A DNA stretch of 64,000 nucleotides, taken from positions 41,974,001 to 42,038,000 of the forward strand of contig OX597822.1 of the NCBI GenBank assembly GCA_951406725.2. The letters run 5' to 3'. Below, one piece after another: positions 37,949 to 52,139 of the stretch. The first letter of the stretch is position 1, and every line of letters starts with the position of its first letter. The translations under genes were made by a program, and so were the position numbers. Source of the stretch: Octopus vulgaris (Eukaryota). The notes beneath the pieces were generated by a model. The model ran no database searches and had not been told where the DNA came from. It saw nothing but the letters and a program-made list of their open reading frames with translations.

Positions 37949-38849
37949 TTTTTATGGCTCTATAACCAGCTGTAGACTGTTGATTATTGCTGACATTGGA
38001 GAATAAACTTGTGGAAATGTTTAAAACTTCAGATATATACCATCATCAAATTTCCAAATCTTGCAGGCTGTCTGTTAAACAGTCGGTGGGGAGCCAGGAA
38101 GAGCCCTAAAACTATAAACGGTTCGGTTGGGAAAATTACCAAATTTTTACTCCTACCACAGGATCCCCATCATCAGCATCACCGCCATTGTCATCAGAAA
38201 TGTTTCCATCCATTGATGATGATAATGATGATGATGATTGCATTTATGAACTGGAGCCAACTTGAAAAATGAAGAACCTATGCATGTAATAAGAATCTTT
38301 AGAAATAGTTGAGTGACAACTGTGAACTATAGTTTTGTGTAGTGAGATCTAGCTACATACTAACACTGGTTATGTGTTTTTAGTAACATGACTGTTGTGT
38401 GCATGTGCAGCTGGTGGTGGTGGTCGTGGTGGTGGTGGTAAGAAGTGGAGTGGTGGCACTTGACAAAAGGACCAAGGGAACACTACATATATATTAATAC
38501 AACAGATCATATATGAGTGTGTGTGTGTACACACACATACCTACAAACTCTTGATAAATTTATATTTCTGTTAATGCTTATATAAATGTTTCCACATGCG
38601 TTTAGTAATGTTTTGATGTATGTATGATCATGTATGTATGTGTGTGTGTATAGAAATGTAATTATTGTTTAACCCAAGGACAGTCCTGATTGAGTAGACT
38701 TACAATCAAAAATGTTCCAGTCATGACCATCCTCATCTTTTCCTTGGTAACGCCAGAGTTATAAATACACATTTGTTTATGCTTGTTATGATAGTATCCT
38801 CATGTTGGATAATTATATCTGTGTATGTGTGCGTGTGTGTATGTCTCCA

Positions 38850-38882
<33 letters not shown>

Positions 38883-39388
38883 AAAGGCATAAACAATGGT
38901 CATTACATATTTTTATTTATTGAAGTTAATTTGACTTATAGTTGTTTCCAGTAGTCAATATAGGTTCATTATTGATAGATTTGTTCAATCACCCCATTGA
39001 TCGGTTCAGAGTAATTGAACAACCTAGAAAATGAATGCTATTTTTGTCTGAGTCATTTCTTATGGATCCTTTTATCATCATCTTTTTGTCCACTGAACCA
39101 GTTCTTCTTCCAATTTACTACTCTCCACATCTTGCTGGTATGTTCCATTTTTGGTACCATACCACATATTTAGAATTTGTAACGACCAATTTTACAAACT
39201 AAAAGAAAAATTACAACATTTAAGTGACAGAATAATAAACACCACTTCCTGTGTCATCCACAACAACAACATTAGTGAATATATTCCATAAAATCAATCA
39301 TTTTTGTTTACTGTCAGTGAAGCTCAAAGTTCTGCCCTCTTCAGTTCAATTTACCTAAATACTAAACCATATCCACAACAATTTACAC

Positions 39389-39910
39389 CAGGGGTGAGGA
39401 AACTTTTTAGTGCGGTAGGCAAAAATTTCCTATGGTAAAGGTCCACAAGCGAACCACAAGTTCTAACTCTTATATGTGTAAATTTTGTATATATCCACAT
39501 ATAATTCGATATACATTAATAAAGATAAGTTTAAGACATTAAATTAACATGTAACATCTTCATTAACACCACCACTGAATTTAGGACATTTGTATTTCTT
39601 ATGCGGTATTCTATATTTTTCAGTGTAGTTTGGCTCAAGGGGAGGGTACAAACCTAGCAATATGTATTTTATAGAGAAAACAAAATTTCCATTCAAATGG
39701 CAACTACCGGACGTTTTCTGTTCGAGTTTAACCATTTTAAGTCACAGTGGAAACACGACCTATGTCGTAAATAGGCATATGAATATTGTATAAATTTTAT
39801 AATTGAAAAATTTATTATATTTTGTACATACAAGTATATCGGCCTGCGGGTACAACAGAATGTGCTCACAGGCGCAATTGCACCCACAGGCAGGGGTTTC
39901 CCCACCCCTG
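39389..39910. mobile_element. Non-autonomous hAT (Charlie-like) element
   Basis: TIR CAGGGGTGAGGAAAC / GTTTCCCCACCCCTG (14/15). 8-bp flanks atttacac / atctaccc (6/8, central TA). Confidence 0.85.
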
Positions 39911-40381
39911 ATCTACCCCAACATTACATTGGTTGCATCATAGCAAAACTACATTGCTTATTTAATACTCAATCCCAACATGACCCACCTTGCATACCAA
40001 CTTATCCAAGCACTTTGTTTAATTAACGCTACGACTTTAAAACTACTACAACTGTAACCAGTTAAAGATTACAGTTTACTATAACTAGTAAACATTGCAG
40101 TGACTACTACAGTGACTTGATGGTAATGACTTGTTAGTACAATAATAACACTAACTACTGCTGCTTCCATTTTTGTAGTGGCTAATTATATAAGAGTAAT
40201 GCAACATTAGAAGTACTCAAGGAAGTCCCATTATGGATCTTATAACAGTAACCATGACCTCGGTGGTCAGTGCTGTGGCTATCAGCACTAACAGGTTGCT
40301 ACCCTGGTTACCGCTATCACCAACAAACTATGGGTTGCCATCACTAAACTTCCATCTTTGGTTTCATTTGCTGATGAGATG

Positions 40382-40571
40382 TACTGTATTTTCCAGCATA
40401 CAAGTCGATGTAATGTATAGTGTAAACATGGTCATTATCTTTCCAAATTTTTCTGTATTTCACATGGAATTTTTGGTCCTCCAAAGTCATCTTTGTGTAT
40501 AAGTCAACTTGCCATTTTTGGCTGTAAATTTTGGTCTAAAAAATTCACTTCATATACTGGGAAATGTGGTA
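40382..40571. mobile_element. Tc1/mariner/pogo-type MITE
   Basis: tactgtattttccagcata ... tatactgggaaatgtggta. Reverse copy of 12603-12798. Confidence 0.65.
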
Positions 40572-41292
40572 GTTTTGCAGTCTATTTTACTGATAATTGT
40601 TGTAAAACTAGCGTCTGGAGGTAAACACATGCAAAAGCAGAATTTGGTAGTAAATTGATGTCTCAGATAATGACTGGTTGACCTCACTACCTCCAGGACC
40701 AATACTACTCTCATCACCACCACCACAATTACTACCAGCTTAACCATCACTACCAACACAACTACTACCACCATTAACACAACTATCAACACCATCAGCA
40801 TTCCTACCAGCACTATTACCACCACCACAACCATCACCACTACTATTACCACTGCCACCACTTCTTTGATAACTTTGGAAACATTGAAACAATTGTCTAA
40901 GCATGTGAATACTTTAGAGAAGGGGCCACTTTTTGATGTGTTACAAGAGGGCAGTTAGGGTTTGGTCCTCACTACAAAGAACTGGTGGTCACTTAAGACA
41001 CTTCTTATTTGTAATGTCATCTTATTCCAACATAAAACTTCTGTTCCTTCACCTACAGAGCTTAACCAGAGCCATCTCAAGATATGGGCACACTGAGTTT
41101 TGTCAGGAGTTTTCACATGTCTAGGGGCCCAATTCTAGCCTATATATGATGTGGTTTGCTGCCAATAATATTGTAGGGCTCAGTGCATTGATTTTTCTCG
41201 GAAAGGGCCTTTGATACTGCTAAGATGGCCGGGACCTAACTACAGTTAAAGGAATATTTGATGGAGTTGGACTAACACATATGTGCAGGAAT

Positions 41293-41545
41293 GTGGAGGT
41301 ATGTAGCCTAGTGGTAAGTGTGTTGGACTTGTTATCATAAGATTGCAGTTTTAATTCCTGGACTGGATGATGTGTTGTGTTCTTGAGCAAATCGCTTCAT
41401 TTCATATTGCTCCTGTCCACTCAGCTGGCAAAATGAGTAATCCTGCAACAGACCAGCATCCCATTCAAGGAGTAAATATATATATATAGTGAACCACAGA
41501 AACCAGGAAACCAGCCCATGGGGCTTGAGAAGGGTGCTTTATATG
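41293..41545 (+). mobile_element. SINE family E
   Basis: gtggaggtatgtagcctagtggtaag...gtgttgtgttcttgagcaaa...ttgctcctgtccactcagctggcaaaatgagta. Confidence 0.75.
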
Positions 41546-43479
41546 CCAGGAATATGATACAAAAGAATTCAAAGCGCTACAGTTTTTGGTGTTTTGACAC
41601 TAGTAATAAAATAGTAATAATGATAATAATAATAATGATGAACTGAAGTGTTCGTGTTGTCTTAGTAATTTCTTTGAGTCAAAATCAGAATTATAATGCT
41701 AAATGTTAGTCCTTTTTATTGAGTTCTTTCGTATGTAAACCCATTGTATTAACCTAAATATATGAACTAAGTTTCACTTTTGTGCATTTGCTATGATTTG
41801 GAATTCAGATATATTCAGCCAAGTTACTGATTAGTATCTGACCAGTCCCTGTTCTAAAAAACCTATGATTAAAGGTATTCCATCTGTGACCCTCCTGCCT
41901 TTTGCTCAGAGTTTATCTAGGACTACATTATTTAATGTATTCTTTGAAATTGTAAGGATGAGATGTTGTTATTTCTAATAGGTCATGTGACTCTGTAGAT
42001 GTTCTCTCACAGCATCAATCTGAGACATGTTTGAAATATGAGAGGCTGAAGGGTAACATCTATAATCTTTTGCACATAGCCCACAGAATTTGTGTGAAGA
42101 AGAGAAGACCAGAAACATGGCTTCAATACATGCAGAACTAATGGTGTCCAAGAATCAGAAGGTGGTGTTAAATTAGAAGATAGAACAGAAATGTCCCCAC
42201 CCCACAACCTCCAATTGGCTTCAACATGGCTTCTGTCTATAAAATTCCACTTGAAAAGTTTTGGTTGATCTCTGCAGTTGGATAGAACTTAAAACTGTAG
42301 TTGTCAAACAAATATCTAGACCACACAGCTACTTATGCACCCCTAAATAGAAGTGCAAATGCTTTTATGGGTGTGAGGCAAGTTTGTACCTAGAAGACTA
42401 AGTATTTTTCTTTAAAAAAATTAAGTCAAATACTCTCAATTAATGACTTCTGGAGATATCTGGGGTAGATAGTTAGCCTAAGTGTCAGCTGATAATAATC
42501 ATTACCGTATATTAATTTCTTTCTTTCTCTTTGTCTGTCTGTTTCTCCATCTCCCTTACTCTGTCTCTCTCTTTTTCGTACACTACTGTTTCAGTTACAA
42601 TATTAGCATAATTTATTATTAATTACCCAAGAGATTTTGTTTTAATGAGAGACACATGTAATTGTTGTTATAACTGTCGTTGTTGCTGCTACTTCAGTAA
42701 TGAAGTTGATGTAGATGGCTACCAGTTTGGCTAGCTTTTGGCAGTCCTCAGTTCAAATGCTACCTTTTACTCCTTTAAGGTCAATAAAATAAATATCCAT
42801 AAAATAGTGGTTTCAGTTAAACTGTGAACGTGAAGCTTATTTTGACTGGGGTTTCACATTCTATAACACCTTATTCAACTGGTCTGCTTCATTAAGTTGT
42901 GAGGTGAAAATAAGTCTGAGCCAGCTTCAGTTTACAATAAATTTGACTGTACTTTCAGTTTTGGGTCGCCCCCATCAGGAAATACTCCTTTCACATCCTT
43001 AGTTTTAAAATAACAACCTCATTTTAGTACACCCACCCACACATGCACACAAGGGGTAAGGGGCTATAATAGGTGGGGTGTGATGGCAGTTAGAGTGTGT
43101 TGAGAATGATGGCAAATATGAAGAGATGTTGAGATGGAGTATAGCAGGAAAGAGTGCGATGGTTGAAGGTACATACAGAAGTTCAGTGAAAATAGTATGC
43201 GATGGAATGATAATGCAAATGGGAAATGGAAGTGGTTCCGGTGGGGAGGGCATTAACTGAAAGAGTAAAGAAAGTGGGGTGTGTAGTATGCACTGATTCT
43301 GCTCTCAAGTGATTGCAGCAGCTGAGTAATGCCATAGATAGGAGAATGATGGGTATTCAGGGATAAATTGTTGGTGAATGCTTGACAAGATGGAAAGGGT
43401 GGAGGGACAGGGTTCCATGCATACAAGCATAGCCAAAGTAATTTTAAGACATATTTTGCTGTGATGGGCAGATCTTTTC

Positions 43480-43820
43480 AAGTATAGTGAATCATCAATC
43501 CTCTCAGTCCTTTGTCATCTCATCTGTAAAGCTCAACATCTTGAGATCAGCCTTCGTTATTTCATCCCATGTTTTCCACAAGTTCCATCCATTTTAAGCA
43601 ACTGGTATTTCTTGATACAGCTGTTCTTATCCTTATGCATCATATGACTAAATCAACACAGGCTCCTCTCTTGCACACTGCATTTGATTGATCTTATGCT
43701 CAGTTTTACTCTCACTACCATAGCACTTGATCACACATGCACACTAACATTGTACATCAAACAGAGCACACTAGCTTCATTCCTCTCTAGTCTTCACATA
43801 TTCTCTGCATTTAGAGCCGA
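43480..43820 (-). pseudogene. RTE-clade LINE 3' remnant
   Basis: Minus strand ALNAENM*RLERNEASVL...KLSIRSIKCSVQERSLC*FSHMMHKDKNSCIKKY...GTCGKTWDEITKADLKML fits the RTE C-terminus (RL.W.GHV.R...G...GRP.KTW). Confidence 0.75.
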
Positions 43821-44026
43821 ATAGATATATATTATGTACAATATATACATATAATTTGTTGAGGTTGGCTTTCTACAGCCAGATGCTGTTCCTGTAACTA
43901 ACACTTTCCTGTTTCCAAGCAAGGTAATATTTCCCATAACCAGACGTTTCCATGGAAAACTGGAAATGAATATTACTTGTATGATGGTGTTGCTTATTTA
44001 CAACTGTCAATGATGCCAAGACAAAG

Positions 44027-44060
<34 letters not shown>

Positions 44061-44332
44061 TTAAATCTATATACAAGGGGTTGTTAAAGAGTTCCTGGCT
44101 TCAAGAGTATCACCTTATATAATAAGGTGATGATGATGATGATATATATATCAAATACTATTGGATTTTACTCATAAGGTATTAGAATCTTATATGTATG
44201 TCATTCTGCCTAAAAAATGGATCTACAAATACAATATCCCTACACATCTCACATCTATTTTCATTCCTCCACCTCACTCTCTATTTCGTATCTTATCTAA
44301 ATTAACTATTACTTAATCATCCTCTCACACCA

Positions 44333-44378
44333 TCTCCGATGAAAGGATACAATAAATATCCTGGAAACAGCTGTAAGA
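44333..44378 (+). ncRNA. Penelope-type minimal type I hammerhead ribozyme motif (variant core)
   Basis: tct-CCGATGA-a-AGGATA-caataaa-TATCCT-g-GAAA-CAGCTG-TA-aga: 6-bp stem II, palindromic stem III (ACAGCTGT), GUA triplet and short stem I. Confidence 0.6.
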
Positions 44379-44599
44379 CCTACCTATAAATGTTCTAAAA
44401 TCTACACAGCCTTGGTTTTTTTATCTCATTACGAAAAAAATGTATATATATATATATATATATATATTTTCAATGAGCTTCTTTCAGTTTCTGTCTACCA
44501 ATTGACTCAGAAAACTTTGCTTGGCCTGAGGCTTCTCTTTTCTAAATTTGAGTAGCCTTGCAGCTCCTCTACAAGAACCTGTACTCACTTCTGTCATGT

Positions 44600-44870
44600 T
44601 TTAACCCCTTATCTCCCTTGCTTAAATCCACCCCACTCCCTTAGTGTTTGTAGTCTTGCAAGCTGCATGGAAACCTCAATAGTGCTGGTGGCATGGATAA
44701 AAGCATCCAATCCATGCTGTGAGGTGGCTGGCATTGGGAAGGGTATCAAATCACAGAAACCATGCCAAAGCAGACATTGGATCGCAATACAGTCCTTGAA
44801 CTCTTCAGATCCTACCAAACCATCCATCCCATGCCAGCATGGAACATGGACATTAAATAATGATGATGTA
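44600..44870 (+). mobile_element. SINE family C
   Basis: ggcattgggaagggtatc...cccatgccagcatggaacatggacattaaataatgatgatg. Further copies at 32165-32428, 43862-44030(-), 45430-45645 and 63883-63995. Confidence 0.75.
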
Positions 44871-46814
44871 TGTATGGACATCGGTTAACTCAAGGATCCA
44901 ATAGATGACATTTGCTCGAAGTACAACCTATTCAGTTTGAACCTGGAACCATCTAATTACAAAGTGATTGAGCTTCTTAATCATACAGCTATGTATTTAA
45001 GTGTGTGTGTGTATGTGTTTCAAATAGAACAAACCATGTACTCAGAGCCTGAAGATTGCTTGGTGACACAAGGTACATGATAAAAATATGCCTAATCACA
45101 TATCTAAATGACAAGAAACCATTAGTAGCTCTTATTTTAATACAGTCTATGTTTAGTGACATATGTATGTAGGTGTGTATCTACCCATCCATTCATCCTT
45201 CCACCCCATGCCTCCCTTTCTTTCAATATCATCACCCTCATCTATTTCTCTTTTTCATCTCTCTTTCCCCTCACACCTTCCGCCTACCTTGACCATTATA
45301 ATGCAAGATATCCCTGGATCCCAACTACACAACCTACCTCATCACCATTGCTACGTTGCCCCTCCCTTTCTCACTAACCTGAAACACGGTACCCATTCCC
45401 CTTTCCGTTCCATATTTATGCTTTTTACTCTTGCGGGTTGTGAGGCAACCTCACGAGTGCTGGTGCTATTGGAAAAAGCACCCAGTACACCCTGTGAAAT
45501 AGCTGGTATTAGGAAGGGCATCCAGCTGTAGAAACTGTGCCAAAATAGAGATATTAGTACATGATGCACTCCTCCAGCTTTTGGATCTTGTCAAATCCCT
45601 GTCTGCATAAAAAGCAGATGTAAAATGATGATTATGGTGATGATAATATATGTATAGGTATGTGTGTGTAGAGAGAACAATACTCTCTCTCTCTCTATCT
45701 TTCTCTCTCGCGATGACAAGTGAATATTCTTTGACAAAAAGTAAATTTATTTGTACTTCTTCAATTAGTAACAATGGAAGTTGTATGAGCACCACTACAT
45801 CCTATAATTCTAAATCTATTACTGATAATATAGGATGGTTACATACGTGTGTGTGTGTGTGTGCAGACTGGCATTTGGAAAGTTATGTCTAGCAGGATAT
45901 AGTAATGTTTGTGACAGGGCAATTCCTTGTTTTACCAACTTCCTCTTGTCTCTGACAGAATTCTTCTCTGCCAACCCCTTCTGTCTGCTGAGTTTGTAGC
46001 ATGTAGGAGTAGGCTACTCCCTAATTGCCCCTCTCTTTCTCTCTCTCACTTCCCCCACCCCTCCCTGTCTGACAAGATGTTATGTAACCCATAGGGTGGG
46101 AGATAAGATAAAATAAGGGAGTAGATTCCAAATTTCTATCTCATTATTCTCGACTCCAGTTATGAATACGCTAATCCCTACTACCATTCTTACTCAAACT
46201 TGTTTGTAACACTCACACACACTCACACACACACACGTCGCCAAGGCCACTCTGTCAACATGTCACTCATCAACTGCCCATCAACTGCACACATAACATG
46301 TCTGATGTGCACTACCAGACTGTTGCTCTTTTATCCAAGTGTCTATTATTGCTATGGTTACCTACACACCCTTTCTATCTGTCTGTTGATCTTGTATCTC
46401 TACCTCTCCCTCTTTATCTCCCTCACAGTCTCTTTTATCATCATCATCATCACTCTCTCTCTCTCTCTCTCACATCTCCCTTTCTTTCCCTCTATCTCAT
46501 CACTATCTCATCATCGTACCATATTGATATAATTACCTTTTATCTGTAACTAAATAGATTTTTCATCACTCCTACTCCTGCCACTGATTCTGCTGTCCAC
46601 TCCAATCCAACCCCCACACACAACAATTATTTCCTTATTATTACGTCTATCCTTGCAACATCCCCAGTCCTGCTTCCTCTTCCGCTCTCTTCCCACTTGG
46701 ATTATTCAATGCTTCTTTTCCTTGACCTTGCTCCTGCTGCTGTTTTTGTCCTTGCTAGCTTTCATCATCATCATCACCATCACCATAATTGCTGTAGCAG
46801 CTGTCTTTCTCCCC

Positions 46815-46849
<35 letters not shown>

Positions 46850-49169
46850 CTGTTGTCCTACCACCTCAGAAAGACTAGACAGATGAAACTTCTATAACTA
46901 TCACTGTATTATTTCGGTAGAATTCCTTCTCTCTTTTGAAGAAGCATACCAGCTCTCACAACTCACCTCCAACAACAACGCCTCTATAATCTATTTTGTA
47001 TTTTTACAGCCAAAATTATAAAACAGTCTTGTTTTTATTTCGTTGAAACTTTCACCGAGTTCTTCCTTTTAAGTAATTACAGCAAGAAATGACTGTGTCC
47101 TAATGAATAACTTAGACTGTTTCTGTTGTTGTTATGGTGGTGGTGGTGGTGGTGGTGGGTGGTGTAGGCAGCCATAGTGTGATGTAGTCATGTAGTGATG
47201 TGGTGGTGATGATGTCATGGCTTCTTAGAAATGAAACACACTTAGTCTTTCTCTCAATACAATTCCTTCGTCTCTAAAATGTAAGAAATGTTTGAAATGG
47301 AACAGGAAGTAAATGGAATCAGTTTTAATATCTCTCTTACACTCACACACACACACACTCATCATTGTTCTTATATACCTCTATACACTCATGCACACAC
47401 AACTTCGTTCTTATATAAACTCAACTTAGAATAAATATTATTCTGCTCTATTTAACTGTATTGAGTACTCTCTTTCACTTTTTTGTAATTCACCATTGTC
47501 CTACTACTATTCACATACATACACACACACACACACACATTGAACACACACACACTTTTGCATATATAAAGACAACAAACAAAGATGCCAACAAATTTTA
47601 CAAGTTCTCCATCATTGCCATTTCTAAGACCATTTCCTGATTGACCTAAGACATCAACTAGTTTCTGACTGAGACATATCTTAGTCAGAGATATCACAAG
47701 TATGCTTTAGTTATACAGATATACTGAACACATGAGGTCTGCACCATATTAGATTAAGGGCTGCATTTTCAACTTAACCCCAATAAGTAGATCCTACCCT
47801 AGCATCAAAACTAAGACACAATGAAAGAAAACATTGCTGTATTGAACTTGAAACTGTTTGTGCTGTATCACATCTCTAGGCAAGATCTTTCTCTAGCCAC
47901 ATTTCAATGTGTGGGCTTTCCCTAGCTGCACCACTAGACATGGTCTCCCTGCAGTTATATCTCTAGATATGGTGTCCTTCCTGTTACATCACTAGACAGG
48001 GTCTACTTCTAGCCTCATCACTGTACAGGGTTTCCCAGTAACCACCTTAGCTATTTTTTTTTATCTTCAGTTACATATCTTTGCATAGACATATCTGAGT
48101 ACAAAACATTGTAACAAATCAGTGCTGGCCCTAATTTTTATAGAATATTTGCAGAGATAACTTTAAAAAGTGGATTAATGGCAACACTAACACAGGTGAG
48201 GCACAATATTGACTTACAAGCCTTTAATACACTTGGTGGTATATTACGGTTGCATAACAAAATATGGTGTCCCAGCAATTAATTATCAATATCATCACTA
48301 TCTCTGTTCATGTTAATATACCAGTCAAAACCAAATAGACTTGAATAAATCAAACCAATATTTGAATAGAACTAATTAGGCATCAATTATTTATTCAACC
48401 AAGTTATGATAAATTCCATTGTTTTCTCACCTTTACAGGAGTATTGAGACTGATAAGACTTCTTTGTAGGTTGACAACCTCAACAGGTGTCCTCAGCCAA
48501 CTCCACAAAGCTTATTTGTCTTATTGTACACTAAACACATTCCACACCCCCAACCCATGGTTCATTAATATTCCACATCCTGTCTGCTCAACACCTGCAT
48601 CAAAGTAATATATTTGAAGAGTGTAGAGGGGTCTGACTTTAAATTGCGTCTGGTAGTGGGAATTCCTGATTCTACCCTGACCTGGAGTAGTAGCACCTGT
48701 CAAGGTTCCAACTGTGGGTTAGCATGTTATAGAAAAAACTCTAAGCACAAACCCTGACTTCTGTGTGAATGCATTGGAAAATATGTAAAATATGCAACTT
48801 ACTGATCACTGCTGCCATCTTAGCCTGTTGAGCCATTAGGGTTAAACTTCCAAGCCTAAAGAATGGGTTCAGATTGCATAGACTGTCTCTCACCTTGAAA
48901 CTACTAAGCACAGGCAGGAAGAAAAGCACTGCCACCCTTACCACCCCCGTTACTACAACCACTACCACTCCACCACCTGTGTGATAGACAAAGAGACAGT
49001 TATAAATTGTTATAAATCCTTGATCATACTGATATGTGTCACATATATATAATACTAGCGCCTGTCTAAGTGTATGTATGTATGTGTGTGCACATATCAG
49101 ACACAGACAGACAGATTTACTCTAGCATTCAACTCTTAATATATTTCCCACCAACAGAATTGGGGCAAT

Positions 49170-49400
49170 CTTCCACCAGTAGGTGATGGGCAGGGCCCTT
49201 CCCTGTGGGACACAACTTACTTTAATGGTTCTAATCATAAGAACCCTAACTTTCTTCCCATCTGAGATAATCTCTTTGTTGAACTTTGGTCAGCCATAGT
49301 GTCGAGGTTCTGTAAGGATTGTACTTAAACCACCATGATACATCCTGCATCATAATGATATATCCGATATCAAAGTATCTACAGTATGAACCAGCTTAAT
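49170..49400 (-). pseudogene. Non-LTR reverse transcriptase fragment (degraded)
   Basis: Minus frame ...ISDGKKVRVLMIRTIKVSCVPQGRALP resembles the RT motif R.Q.V.......V..GVPQG. Confidence 0.4.
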
Positions 49401-51814
49401 AGAAGATAAATGTGTTGTTGTTCTCTTTTTGCCTACTAAAAAAAAAAAAACATCTTGGTTCTCAATTCCAGATTATATTTCAATATAATTGCACATAAAA
49501 ATGTTAAACCTTATTTAAATCTTAAACCTTGGAAACATCCTAAACTGACCCAGATTCTTTTAAAAGTCGACATAAATATCACACAACCTGGAAGTGAAGT
49601 GTATTTCTCATGTATCTCTGAATGAAATTTGATGAACAACTTTTATTATTTGTTGTACAATGTTGTGTTTTTGAATTAACTCAGGGTGTGTCACCAAACA
49701 GCTTGACCTTACCATTGACCTTACATTTATATAGTTTTGGACACACCAGTGTTAGAATAGTTGCATAACAATCTATTATGGTGTGGGTTTTCATTTAACA
49801 GGTCTAACTTTCTAATGCAGGGACTTTCTACTGGACTGCTAGGACTTGCTTTAAATCTTTTTTTTTTTTTCTTTTTGTCAAACCATTTTAGATTAAACTT
49901 CAGGTTTAGTATTCTATTTGAATTATTGTTGGCTAATTATCTGATGGAATATATAGGAAGAAAGTTCTGGAAGAGTTCAAGTGTGTAGAAAAAAATTATT
50001 GAGAAACCTGATGAAAGTGTGTGACAGATTGGTGTAGATAAGGCAGTGATACAATCACTCCCTCAAAATAACTTACTTGAGCTATCATACAAGGCTTAAC
50101 CTAATTCTCCTCACATTTCGATTTTAAAAGACAGTATTTTCACTTTGAATATATATATATATATTTCTGTATGTTACCATAGCTTTCACAGAGTATAACC
50201 TTGCTTGTCTTCATCTTGTGTCATCTCAATTATACAGCTCAATCAATGTCTCTAGATATGAATCTATTATTATTTATATATTCTCTGATCTAACTCTTCA
50301 TACTGCAGTTATTTGTCAGGTTAAGCAGGCAAAAACAAAATAAAGTCTAAGAAAATTGGTTAAGGTCATTAACAGCAAAAAATATAATTTGTAAAAATTC
50401 TTCTCAAAACTCCTATTTCTTCATAGTACCCAAACTTATTTTTTCTTTTACAAACTGTATCACTTCAGTTGGTCAGTGTACCAGCTTCATTACTGTAAAT
50501 TTTGATGCAATGAACTCCTCTTCATTGCCTAACCTTTACCACAATGGTCAAGCTGTACAATAGACAAACTGACAAGAAACATTCATCTTTCATGTTGTCC
50601 ATCTTGCCCTTGTGTAATTGACCTTCTTAAGGATGGCTGCAGGGGAGATATTCAGTTACGAGTGATCGATTTGTCAGTCACTTTAATCAGGACCTTTGTC
50701 CATTCAATAATCATTAATATTTACAATCATTGATTCCAAAACAAGTGGGTGGATATAATGAAAGTTATTGTATAGATTTTACAGTGGCGTAAACAAGTTT
50801 AATAAGGAGCAGACAAGATTAATATTTAGTTATAATATTAATATGTTATCTGGTTATAAGGATCAGTTTTAAGAGTAAGGATGAGTTAGGATAGTCATAA
50901 TTGGAATGCAAGCCTAAAAACTTGAACTTGCAATATCTACATTGTCAGTAGTACTGATATTTTCAGTTTATTTGCTACACTCACTAAACACCATCTAGAC
51001 AAAGAAATTTCATCTACACCACTAACCTATGTGCCTGTCCACCCTCTGTCTTTCTGTCTTTTTGTATATACATATGCATACCAAGATATAGCTATGGTTG
51101 AGTAATTCTCAAACTTCGTCTGTTACGCCTGACTTACCAAAACATATCATCGTAACCAGATGAACAATCTTCATACTTTTAACATCTCTAGTGAAACTAC
51201 ACTCTTCTCCTTTCTTATTTTCTTTGCTCTCACCAATGAGTCATTGCATGGTTCTGAACCCATCTACCTCTGCTCAACAGCCCAAGCCTCAAAACCTCAC
51301 CCACTTAGCTGCAGTGATCACTGCCTCTTTATAACTAGGTCTGTTTGTGTAGGACTGAAATGGTATAAATGTCTGTAGACTTTAATCTAAGACTTTGTTT
51401 TATAAATAACAGACACATGTATATACAACACACTGTGTACACATACACATACAGAGTACATATATACACCCACACATGCCAGTAAACCACATGTGGTTGT
51501 TATTAAAATACCTACGTAATATTTCTTTTATTTCTTCTGAACATGATGTTTTTGCTCTAATATCAGCCTAAACAGGGCAATATGATATTTATTTCTCTCT
51601 TCAGTCTCTCATTATTGGAACTTCTGGCCTAGCTAAAATCTAAACATATATTGTAGACAGGGTTAGTGTATGACTGCATGTAAATTATACAGTTTATAAC
51701 ATAGTATAATACAGTGTAAATATTATTGTATAATGTAATATATACTATAGAGTTTTGTAGAGTGTATTGTGAGTAGTCTGTAACATGTGAATAGTGAATA
51801 ATACAGCATAATAT

Positions 51815-52040
51815 TCTTTATCTTTTACTTGTCTCAGCCACTTAGACTGTGGCCATGCGGGGGCACTGCCTTCAAGAATTTTAGTTAAGCAAATTAACCT
51901 CAGTACTAATAATTTTAAAGCCAGGTTCTTATTCTTTCAATCTTTTTTGCTGAATCACTAGGTTATGGGGAGTGGTAACACACCAACATCCATCAGTTGT
52001 TAAGTGGTGATAAGGGACAAAACAGGCATAAAGCAACACA
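51815..52040 (-). mobile_element. SINE family A 3' half
   Basis: ttttacttgtctcagcca...ctgtggccatgcgggggcactgcc...caccaacatc...gttgttaagtggtg. Confidence 0.75.
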
Positions 52041-52074
52041 CACATACATGCACACACAGATTTAGATACATACG

Positions 52075-52108
<34 letters not shown>

Positions 52109-52139
52109 TACATACATACATACATACATACATACATAC

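Noticed and set aside
38990-39190. Possible GIY-YIG (Penelope) endonuclease trace on the minus strand
   Set aside because: Only a vague IP.RCGE..IG pattern with stops; insufficient without an HMM search.
45712-45892. ATG-initiated Ser/Thr-rich ORF (MTSEYSLTK...) as an alternative first exon
   Set aside because: No convincing splice donor; it runs into (TG)n.
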